From positions 64,899-128,898 of the forward strand of contig JALOLD010000009.1 of assembly GCA_025456145.1 (NCBI GenBank): DNA of 64,000 nt. Reading direction: 5' to 3'. A program made the position numbers and the translations under genes. The notes under the pieces were generated by a model. That model worked only from the letters and a program-made list of their open reading frames with translations, had not been told where the DNA came from and searched no databases. Positions 46,721 through 53,782 of this stretch are shown here, in pieces (positions within the stretch are counted from its first letter, which is position 1; every line of letters begins with the position of its first letter). This DNA comes from Thermoanaerobaculales bacterium (GTDB lineage: Bacteria; Acidobacteriota; Thermoanaerobaculia; Thermoanaerobaculales; Sulfomarinibacteraceae).

Positions 46721-46992
46721 GGCGCCGCCTCGTGGAGCTGGTCGACGATCCCGACCACCGCGTGGTCGACCGGGACGAAGGTCTCTTGCAGGGCGAGCGC
46801 CGCCTCGCGGCTCGCGACGAAGTAGACGAGCTCGCCCGGTCCGGCCATCGCGACCGCGTCGGCCGCGACCACCGCATCGCCCGCCGGCTCGAGCCGCCGG
46901 TCGAGAGGCTGGAGGACGAGCAGCCGCACGCCCTCGAGACCGGGCGTCACGGTCGAGGCGACGACGGTGCCGATCACCCGTGCCAGGTGCAT
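46717..46992 (-). CDS. BMC vertex protein BMC-P, copy 2
   Basis: 91 aa. MHLARVIGTVVASTVTPGLEGVRLLVLQPLD...AADAVAMAGPGELVYF matches the BMC-P pattern. Confidence 0.9.
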   Translation of the reverse strand: MHLARVIGTVVASTVTPGLEGVRLLVLQPLDRRLEPAGDAVVAADAVAMAGPGELVYFVASREAALALQETFVPVDHAVVGIVDQLHEAAP

Positions 46993-47594
46993 CAGGCCTC
47001 CCCCGCGGTGAGCCGCGCCCGGAACTCGGGGCTCGCTGTGAGGTTGGCGAGCATCTCGTCGTGGAACTGCGGGATCACCACGCTCGCGACGAGCCGGTCG
47101 GCCGGCTCGACCGAAGCGGCGGCCAGCTCGACCGCGGCCTCGACCTCGGCGAGCGGTCCGGAGAGCACGCAGTAGGCCTTGCCGCCGAGGTCGTCGGCGA
47201 GGCGGATCTCGACCAGGCTGACCTCGGCCCCCTTGAGGCCGTGGTCGGCGGCGCGGATCGTCGCCGCCGCGGTGCTCGTCTCGACCACCCCGAGCGCCTC
47301 GCCCGAGGCGGCGCCGCGGCGGCCGAGCAGGGCCTGCACGACGTCGGGGTGGACCGCGGGCAGGTAGACCTCGTCGAGGAGGGCCGCTCGACCGGTCTCG
47401 AGCCCGGCCTGGTAGGCCTCCTCGACGCAGGCGACATCGCCCGCCACGAGCACCAGGAAGCGTCCCGGGTGGACGGTACCGGCGCGGACCACCGCGACCG
47501 GCGCCCGCTTGACCATGGCATCGCCGGCCAGCACCCCGATCGCGATCGAGCCGAGCTCGAGCAGCGCCAGCGCCGGCTGGTCGGCGAGGCTCAC
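46992..47594 (-). CDS. Tandem-domain shell protein BMC-T (single-layer PduT/HO-T1-like)
   Basis: GTG at 47594 in a GTGA overlap with the AldDH stop. 200 aa with two BMC domains (ALALLELGSIAIGVLAGDAMVKRAPV... and ALGVVETSTAAATIRAADHGLKGAEV...). Confidence 0.85.
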   Translation of the reverse strand: MSLADQPALALLELGSIAIGVLAGDAMVKRAPVAVVRAGTVHPGRFLVLVAGDVACVEEAYQAGLETGRAALLDEVYLPAVHPDVVQALLGRRGAASGEALGVVETSTAAATIRAADHGLKGAEVSLVEIRLADDLGGKAYCVLSGPLAEVEAAVELAAASVEPADRLVASVVIPQFHDEMLANLTASPEFRARLTAGEA

Positions 47595-49027
47595 ACGATC
47601 CTCAGACCGCCGGCGATCGCCAGGCGGCGCTCGCGCGACAGGCTGCGCGGCCGGGTCAGGCCCTCGCCGGTCGGGCTGGCGATCGAGAACGAGGTGAAGC
47701 CCTCGCCGCCGTCGCCGAGGCCGGCCAGGGTCGCGGCGTTGGCGACGAAGATGCTGACGTCGATCAGCCGCGCCATCCGGGTGATCGTGTCGACGTTGCG
47801 GCTGAAGATCGACGCGGTGTGGCCGAAGCCGTGCTCGGCCTGGACCGCGAGCGAGATCGCGCGGTCGACGTCGGGGACCCGGGCGACCGGCATCACCGGC
47901 ATCATCTGCTCGGTCCACACCAGGCTGTGCTCGACCGGCACGTCGGCGAGGACCAGCCGGACGTGGTCGGCGTTGGCGATCCCGATCGCGCCGAGGATCG
48001 CACCGGCGTCGCGGCCGATCCACTCGGGGTTGATCTTGCCGGGCGTGCCGTCGTGCCGCGACTCCCGGAAGATCAGCCGCTCGAGCCGAGTCAGCTCGTG
48101 GGCCGCGAGCAGGTGGCCGCCGGCGCCGCGCATCGCCTCGAGCAGCCGGTCGGCCACCGAGGCGACGACGAAGACCTCCTTCTCGTCGGTGCAGATGAGG
48201 TTGTTGTCGAAGGACGCGCCGCGGACGATCTCGCGCCCGGCGAGCTCGAGATCGGCGGTCTCATCGACGACCACCGGCGGGTTGCCCGGCCCGGCGAGGA
48301 TCGCCCGCTTGCCGCTCTTCCGCGCCTCCGCCACCACCCCCGGACCGCCGGTGACGAGCAGGATCCGGACGCCGGGGTGGCGCATCAGCGCCTGGGCGCT
48401 GGCGATCGTCGGCTCGGCGACGCAGCACACCAGGCTCGCGGGGCCGCCGGCCTCGACGATCGCCCGGTCGATCAGCCGGACCGCGTGGGCCGACACCCGC
48501 GCGGCGTTGGGGTGGCAGTTGAAGACCAGGGCGTTGCCGGCCGACACCCCGGCGATCGTGTTGTTGATGATCGTCGCGGTCGGGTTGGTGGTCGGGGTGA
48601 TGGCGCCGATGACGCCGAAGGGCGCGGGCTCGGTGAGGGTCAGCCCGCGGTCGCCGGTCCAGGTCTCGGGCTCGAGGTCCTCGGGTCCGGGGGTCTTGTC
48701 GGTGACCAGCAGGTTCTTCTTGACCTTGTCCTCGGCCCGGCCGAGACCGGTCTCGGCCTGCGCCATCTCGGCGAGCGATCGGGCGTGCTCGCGCATCACC
48801 GCGCGGATGCGCTCGACGATCCGGCGGCGGGCGTCGAGGCCCTGGGCGCGATACGCCAGGTACGCCGTTCGCGCCGCCTCGACCGCCTGGTCGACGGTGT
48901 CGTGGACGCCGCCCCCGGTCGCCGCCGGCGGCGCGGGCGCCGGGGGTCGGCCGCGGTCGCCGTCCCCGATCCTGCGCCGCACCCGGGCGACGATCGCCTG
49001 GATCTCGGTGTCGGTGATGGTCTTCAT
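47591..49027 (-). CDS. CoA-acylating aldehyde dehydrogenase (PduP/EutE type) with N-terminal encapsulation-peptide-like helix
   Basis: 478 aa. The catalytic Cys context is SFDNNLICTDEKEV. The N-terminus TDTEIQAIVARVRRRI is followed by a Gly/Pro linker before the ALDH core. Confidence 0.9.
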   Translation of the reverse strand: MKTITDTEIQAIVARVRRRIGDGDRGRPPAPAPPAATGGGVHDTVDQAVEAARTAYLAYRAQGLDARRRIVERIRAVMREHARSLAEMAQAETGLGRAEDKVKKNLLVTDKTPGPEDLEPETWTGDRGLTLTEPAPFGVIGAITPTTNPTATIINNTIAGVSAGNALVFNCHPNAARVSAHAVRLIDRAIVEAGGPASLVCCVAEPTIASAQALMRHPGVRILLVTGGPGVVAEARKSGKRAILAGPGNPPVVVDETADLELAGREIVRGASFDNNLICTDEKEVFVVASVADRLLEAMRGAGGHLLAAHELTRLERLIFRESRHDGTPGKINPEWIGRDAGAILGAIGIANADHVRLVLADVPVEHSLVWTEQMMPVMPVARVPDVDRAISLAVQAEHGFGHTASIFSRNVDTITRMARLIDVSIFVANAATLAGLGDGGEGFTSFSIASPTGEGLTRPRSLSRERRLAIAGGLRIV

Positions 49028-49053
49028 TCAGGCACTCCGGGTTGCGTTCGTGG

Positions 49054-49107
49054 GGGTGCCAGGCACACACCTTCGTTCGCGGCGAACAAAGTTGGAGCCA
49101 GGCACCC
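49054..49107. repeat. Intercistronic hairpin, paralogue of the 49791..49883 element
   Basis: Basal arms are GGGTGCCAGGC (49054-64) and GCCAGGCACCC (49097-107), with one central mismatch. Inner arms are CTTCGTTCGC / GCGAACAAAG. The element ends 26 nt upstream of the AldDH ATG on the coding strand. Confidence 0.7.
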
Positions 49108-49142
49108 GCTCCGACGCCCGCATCGGCCTTCCCGTCCGGAGG

Positions 49143-49457
49143 TCAACTGGCCCACTCGGAGTCGGCGGGGGTCTTGCGGTAGCGGACCTCGCCGCCGATC
49201 TCCCAGCTGTCGACGATCGCCATGACCACCGCGTCGCATGGCCGGTCGCGGGTCGCCTCGGTCTGCCGGGCCGACGAGCCGGCCGCCCAGAGCACGACAT
49301 CGCCCTCGCCCGCGCCGACGCTGTCGATCGCGACGACATGGCCCGAGGTCTCGCCGCCCGCGAGGTCGAGCTGGCGGACGAGCAGGAAGGTCTGGCCGAC
49401 GAGCCCCTCGTCCTTGCGGCTCGCGACCAGCGTGCCGACGACCCTCCCGAGGAGCAT
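49143..49457 (-). CDS. BMC vertex protein BMC-P, copy 1
   Basis: 104 aa. [31 protein letters not shown]...[14 protein letters not shown]. The TGATG junction shares one nucleotide with the BMC-H stop. Confidence 0.85.
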   Translation of the reverse strand: MLLGRVVGTLVASRKDEGLVGQTFLLVRQLDLAGGETSGHVVAIDSVGAGEGDVVLWAAGSSARQTEATRDRPCDAVVMAIVDSWEIGGEVRYRKTPADSEWAS

Positions 49458-49765
49458 CAGGCCTTCCGCTTGGCCGCCGGCGCCGGCTCGCTGCGACCGA
49501 GGGGCAGCACCGCGTCGATGTTGCCGTGCGGCCGGGCGATGACGTGGGTCGACACCACCTCGCCGACGTTCTGGGCGGCGCGGACGCCCGCTTCGACCGC
49601 AGCCTTGACCGCCGCGACATCGCCCCGAACGACCGCCGTCACATAGCCGCCGCCGGTCTTCTCGTAGGACACCAGCTCGACCTTGGCGGCCTTGACCATG
49701 GCGTCCGACGCCTCGACCATCGCCGCGAACCCTCTCGTCTCGATCATCCCCAACGCTTCAGCCAT
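49457..49765 (-). CDS. Hexameric shell protein BMC-H (PduA/CcmK type)
   Basis: [58 protein letters not shown] is a canonical single BMC domain. Confidence 0.95.
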   Translation of the reverse strand: MAEALGMIETRGFAAMVEASDAMVKAAKVELVSYEKTGGGYVTAVVRGDVAAVKAAVEAGVRAAQNVGEVVSTHVIARPHGNIDAVLPLGRSEPAPAAKRKA

Positions 49766-49790
49766 TGCATGCTCCTTTCGCGTCCTCGGG

Positions 49791-49883
49791 GGTGCCAGGC
49801 TTTAGAATCTTGGGAAGTTGTAGGTTCGCATTGCCGACTCGATCGCACCACCGCAACTTCCCAAGATTCTAAAGCCTGGCACC
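49791..49883. repeat. Perfect 30-nt-arm inverted repeat (hairpin) between BMC-T and BMC-H genes
   Basis: Left arm GGTGCCAGGCTTTAGAATCTTGGGAAGTTG (49791-49820). Right arm is its exact reverse complement (49854-49883). The loop is 33 nt. The arms are conspicuously less GC-rich than the surroundings. Confidence 0.95.
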
Positions 49884-49899
49884 CTGGTCTTCCGTTCTT

Positions 49900-50526
49900 T
49901 CAATCTCCTTCGCGTCCGGTGACCGATTCGATGGCGGCGACCGCCGCCTGCCAGCCGACGTCGATGTCCTTCTCCTCGCCGCCGAGATAGACCCGGCCCA
50001 TCGAGCCGAACGCCCGCACCTCGAGGATGTTGATCTCCGCCGCCTTCTCGGCCTGGTTGGCGGCGAGCGCCGCGTAGGCCGCCGGCTCGACCTCCATCAC
50101 GTACATCGTCTGCCCGGGCACGATCATGTGACCGTGCCGCATCCGGTTGATGAGCTGAACCTGGTGGTCGTCGAGGTGGCGGATGACCTGGCTCGAGAGG
50201 ATCTTCGGCTTGCGCCGGGCGCCCTCGTCGAGGCCGAGCTCCGCGAGGATCGCCGCCCCCGCGGCGCGGGTCTCGGCCTGGTTCTCCGAGTGGACCTCGA
50301 GCAGCCCGTAGAAGCGCTCGACGACCTGCATCCCGGGCCGCACCCGGGTCGCCTTGAGGGCGACGTCGGTGAGCCGGTTGATCTCGATCCCAGGCGAGAT
50401 CTCGACCCACAGCGAGGCGTCTCCGGCGAGCGGCAGAAAGCCCTGGGCGACGGTCCCGAGAAAGGCCGCGTACTGGGGCTGCAGGTTGTCGAGGAAGACG
50501 TACGATCGAAGGTCAATACGACTCAC
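49900..50526 (-). CDS. Permuted tandem-domain shell protein BMC-T (CcmP/CsoS1D double-stacking type)
   Basis: 208 aa. From memory, [46 protein letters not shown] and [19 protein letters not shown] closely parallel carboxysomal CcmP. GTG start. Confidence 0.85.
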   Translation of the reverse strand: MSRIDLRSYVFLDNLQPQYAAFLGTVAQGFLPLAGDASLWVEISPGIEINRLTDVALKATRVRPGMQVVERFYGLLEVHSENQAETRAAGAAILAELGLDEGARRKPKILSSQVIRHLDDHQVQLINRMRHGHMIVPGQTMYVMEVEPAAYAALAANQAEKAAEINILEVRAFGSMGRVYLGGEEKDIDVGWQAAVAAIESVTGREGD

Positions 50527-51343
50527 CGGAACCTCCTTCGTCGCCGGTCACGATCTTGATCCCGGCCGACGCGCCGATGCGGCTCGCACCGGCCCTGATC
50601 ATGGCCCGCGCCTCGCCGGCGGTGTGGATCCCGCCGGCCGCCTTGACGCCCATCTTCTCGCCCACCGTCTCGCGCATCAGCGCGACGTCGAACACCGTCG
50701 CCCCGCCCGGGCCGAACCCGGTCGAGGTCTTGACGAAGTCGGCGCGGGCCAGCTGGGCGAGGCGGCATGCGACGACCTTCTCCTCGTCGCTCAGATAGGC
50801 CGCCTCGATGATCACCTTGTTGAGCGCCCCGACCTCGCGGCAGGCGTCGGAGACGCCGGCGATGTCGCGCCGCACCAGCTCGTGGTCGCCGCCCTTGAGC
50901 GCGCCGATGTTGATCACCATGTCGATCTCGCGCGCCCCGTCGCGCAGCGCCCGCCGCGCCTCCATCGCCTTGATCTCGGGCAGGCTCGCCCCGAGCGGAA
51001 AGCCGACCACCGAGGCGACGGTCACCCGGGCGCCGCGCAGCCGGCGGGCCGCCCGCGCGACCCACACCGGGTTGATGCAGACCGCCGCGAAGTGGAAGTC
51101 GGCGGCCTCGTCGCACAGCGTGTCGATGTCGGCCGGAGTCGCGTTCGGCCTGAGCAGGGTGTGGTCGATGTACTCGGCGAGCCCGGCCGGCACCTCGGCG
51201 GCGGCGCCGCTGTAGCCGAGCCGGACCGCGCCGTTGGCGACCGCCTCGCTCGCGTTGTCGAGCCCGCCCCCGGTCTCGGCGGCGGCGAGCACCGCCAGCA
51301 CCTGCCGCGTGATCTCCTCGATCAGCTCGCTACGATCGATCAT
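50513..51343 (-). CDS. deoC: Deoxyribose-phosphate aldolase (DeoC) with N-terminal encapsulation-peptide-like extension
   Basis: ATG at 51343 in an ATGA overlap with the rpiB stop. The core carries IDHTLLRP and the Schiff-base Lys context FVKTSTGF. The N-terminus [18 protein letters not shown] plus a ~35-aa Gly/Ala linker precedes the core. Confidence 0.9.
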   Translation of the reverse strand: MIDRSELIEEITRQVLAVLAAAETGGGLDNASEAVANGAVRLGYSGAAAEVPAGLAEYIDHTLLRPNATPADIDTLCDEAADFHFAAVCINPVWVARAARRLRGARVTVASVVGFPLGASLPEIKAMEARRALRDGAREIDMVINIGALKGGDHELVRRDIAGVSDACREVGALNKVIIEAAYLSDEEKVVACRLAQLARADFVKTSTGFGPGGATVFDVALMRETVGEKMGVKAAGGIHTAGEARAMIRAGASRIGASAGIKIVTGDEGGSGESY

Positions 51344-51891
51344 CCGCCCTCTCCCGCTGGGCCCGCCGACGCGTAGCACCGCTCGACGGCGGTGATCTTC
51401 GCCACCCGGGCGGCGTGGCGCCCCGGTCCCCACTCGGTGGCCAGCCACTCGTCGACGATCCCACGCGCCAGGGCCTCGCCGATCAGCCCGGCGCCCAGGG
51501 TGAGGACGTTGGCGTGGTTGTGCTCACGGCTGTTGCGCGCCGTCGACAGGTCATAGCACAGCGCCGCCCGGACCCCGGGCACCTTGTTGGCGACCATCGC
51601 CGACCCGATTCCCGCGCCGTCGACGACGATCCCCCACCGGCACTCGCCCGCCGCGACCAGACGCGCGACGGCGTGGGCGAAGTCCGGGTAGTCCACCGCC
51701 TCGGTGCTCGAGGTTCCGCAGTCGCGCACCTCGCGGCCCCGGCTCCTGAGGTGCTCGAGGAGGAGCTCCTTGAGCCGGAAGCCGCCGTGGTCGGCGCCGA
51801 TCGCGATCGCCTCGCGGCTCGGGCCGTTGCCCGCGAGCACCTCGTCGACCACCTGCGCCACGACCCGCCGCACCTCCTGCTCGGTGGTCAC
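51340..51891 (-). CDS. rpiB: Ribose-5-phosphate isomerase B / sugar-phosphate isomerase (RpiB/LacAB) with N-terminal encapsulation-peptide-like extension
   Basis: GTG at 51891, 13 nt after the TetR stop. The core carries IAIGADHGG, GIVVDGAGIGSAMVANK and NANVLTLG. The N-terminal extension is TTEQEVRRVVAQVVDEVLAG. Confidence 0.85.
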   Translation of the reverse strand: MTTEQEVRRVVAQVVDEVLAGNGPSREAIAIGADHGGFRLKELLLEHLRSRGREVRDCGTSSTEAVDYPDFAHAVARLVAAGECRWGIVVDGAGIGSAMVANKVPGVRAALCYDLSTARNSREHNHANVLTLGAGLIGEALARGIVDEWLATEWGPGRHAARVAKITAVERCYASAGPAGEGG

Positions 51892-51904
51892 GACCGCCCC
51901 CCGA

Positions 51905-52531
51905 TCACCAGGCCCGCCAGTCGGCGCCGGCCCCGGATCCCCGGTGGATGACCGGCGCCGCGACCGGGGCGCCCCCGGCCAGACCGAGCCACCTCTCGAG
52001 CTGGATCGCACAGAGCTCCACCGGCGCCGGGTCGCCCCCGGCGCGGGCCATCACCGCGGCGCCCTCGAGCGCGCCGACCACGAGCTCGGCGAGCTCGCGA
52101 TGGCCGGTGGGCTCGAGCCAGCCCGCGACCCGGTCGACCAGGCTTCGGTAGATGCCGCCGACCCGGTCGCGGGCCGGCGCCCGCTCCGCTCCGAGCTCGG
52201 TGACCAGGGCGCCGACCGGCAGACCGAAGCCGGGGGCGCCGGGTCGAGCGTGCTCGCGGTAGGCCGCCGCCAGCCCGGCGACCCGCCGACCCGGGTCGTC
52301 GGTCGAGGCCTCGACCACGGCGAGAACCTCGTCGTCGACCATCTCGCCGACGCTCTCGAGGACCGCGAGCAGCAGATCGTCCTTGGTCGGGAAGAAGTGG
52401 TAGAAGCTGCCGCTGGTCGCCCCGGCCCGCTCGATGATGAGGCTGACCCCGGTGTCGGCGTAGCCCTGCCGCCAGAAGAGCTCGCCGGCGGTTCGGACCA
52501 GCCGCTCCCGGGTCGTCGTTCGCCTCACCAC
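51905..52531 (-). CDS. TetR/AcrR-family transcriptional regulator (first gene of the BMC operon)
   Basis: GTG start preceded by GGAGG. The HTH region is RTAGELFWRQGYADTGVSLIIERAGATSGSFYHFF. Confidence 0.9.
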   Translation of the reverse strand: MVRRTTTRERLVRTAGELFWRQGYADTGVSLIIERAGATSGSFYHFFPTKDDLLLAVLESVGEMVDDEVLAVVEASTDDPGRRVAGLAAAYREHARPGAPGFGLPVGALVTELGAERAPARDRVGGIYRSLVDRVAGWLEPTGHRELAELVVGALEGAAVMARAGGDPAPVELCAIQLERWLGLAGGAPVAAPVIHRGSGAGADWRAW

Positions 52532-52565
52532 GCTACCTCCGCTCGAGCCGTCGGGAACAGAGTAA

Positions 52566-52579
52566 ATAGAACGTTCTAT
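52566..52579. promoter_or_regulatory. 14-bp perfect palindrome ATAGAACGTTCTAT, candidate TetR operator
   Basis: Read directly. It lies 35 nt upstream of the TetR start, in an AT-richer patch. Confidence 0.5.
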
Positions 52580-52656
52580 CTAATTCCATCATAGGTCCGG
52601 GAAAACCATCTGTCAAGCGCTCACCCGGGCTCGCAGGCTCTGCGACAAGAGGAGAC

Positions 52657-52668
52657 GTTCTAGAGAAC
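52657..52668. promoter_or_regulatory. Second inverted repeat GTTCT-AG-AGAAC sharing the same half-site
   Basis: Read directly. It has the same AGAAC/GTTCT half-sites as 52566-52579 in the opposite arrangement, about 90 bp further upstream. Confidence 0.35.
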
Positions 52669-52844
52669 TCAATCTACATTCGATCGGAGGCACGACCGTG
52701 CCCCCACCGTCCGACCGTCCCGACCCGGTCCCGATCTGAGGGGCGCGAGCGCCTTCCCGGCGCCGCGGGATCGAGGGATCGAGGGTGGAATCTCGACGCG
52801 ATCGAGCGACAGGACCGGCGGTCCCGGCGATCCAGGGGGCCCCG

Positions 52845-53771
52845 TCAGCCGACCGCCTCGAGCACGTACCGCACCGCTGTGACCAGGATGACCAGGCAGA
52901 GCATGATCTTGATCGCCCGCGCCGGGACGTGCTTCTGGACGCGGGCGCCGCAGTACATCCCGGCCGCGCCGCCGAGCCCGAAGAGCAGACCGAGCAGCCA
53001 GTCGGGCCCGACTCCGAGCCAGCTGTAGAAGGCGACCCCGGCGACCGAGGTGACGAGGGTGCCGAGGAGGGCCGCCCCGGCGACCGTGTAGACCGGCAGG
53101 CCGAAGACCGAGACGAAGAAGGGCGCCATGATCGCGCCGCCGCCGATGCCGTAGATCCCACCCGCGATGCCGACCGCGAAGGCGAGGGCAAAGATCCCGA
53201 GGGTCGGGAAGGCGAAGGACTCGCCGTAGAACTCGTACTCGATCCGCGCCGGGCTGACCCGGGTGACCCGAACCGCGGGCAGGAGCTCGCCCCCCTCCTC
53301 GGCGAGCCGTCGGCGCGCCGACGCGAGCTGCTGGAACCGCTCCTCGGCCGAGCGCGCGGCGACGCCGCGCCTGCTTCTGCCGAGTAGGTCGGCGGCCATC
53401 CGGACGCCGATGTAGAGCAGCACCCCGGCGGCGAAGAGCTTGAAGCTGCGCGGGTCGGGGAGGACCCGGACCCGGATCACGGCGCCGATCAGCACCCCGG
53501 GCAGCGTGGCGGCGACCACGACCCAGGCGAGCGGCCACACCATCCGCCCCTCGCGGACGTACCGCCAGACCCCGCTCGGGATCGCGACGACGTTGAACAG
53601 GTGGTTGGTGGCGCTCACCGACGGCGCGGCGTAGCCGAGCACGCTGACCTGGAAGGGCAGCAGCAGGAAGGCCCCGGAGACCCCGCCCATCGAGGTGAAG
53701 AACGAGATGACGAAGGCCACGAGGGGCGGGATCCACGCTGCGACCGTGACACCGGACACCTCGAACTCCAC
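52845..53771 (-). CDS. TauE/SafE (DUF81) family anion permease
   Basis: GTG at 53771 preceded by GAGGAG. 308 aa. Two halves each carry GMGGVSGAF / GIGGGAIMAPF-type motifs. Confidence 0.85.
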   Translation of the reverse strand: MEFEVSGVTVAAWIPPLVAFVISFFTSMGGVSGAFLLLPFQVSVLGYAAPSVSATNHLFNVVAIPSGVWRYVREGRMVWPLAWVVVAATLPGVLIGAVIRVRVLPDPRSFKLFAAGVLLYIGVRMAADLLGRSRRGVAARSAEERFQQLASARRRLAEEGGELLPAVRVTRVSPARIEYEFYGESFAFPTLGIFALAFAVGIAGGIYGIGGGAIMAPFFVSVFGLPVYTVAGAALLGTLVTSVAGVAFYSWLGVGPDWLLGLLFGLGGAAGMYCGARVQKHVPARAIKIMLCLVILVTAVRYVLEAVG

Positions 53772-53782
53772 GGTTGGCTCCT

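Noticed and set aside
46980-49646. 888-aa plus-strand ORF antisense to the BMC shell and AldDH genes
   Set aside because: It is a shadow frame. The minus strand encodes textbook BMC-H, BMC-T, BMC-P and ALDH sequences.
49770-49800. Sigma-54 promoter suggested by CTGGCAC at the base of both BMC intergenic hairpins (minus strand)
   Set aside because: No TTGC-like -12 element follows at the required 5-nt spacing (the sequence reads TGGCAC-CCCCG-AGGA and TGGCAC-CCCCA-CGAA). The start codon would lie only about 10 nt from the predicted TSS.
49791-49883. The 30-bp inverted repeat as a MITE or transposon remnant
   Set aside because: No flanking target-site duplication was evident, no transposase is in the window, and no second identical copy was seen. 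The only related copy shares just the basal stem. This is kept as a possibility within the finding but is not annotated as a mobile element.
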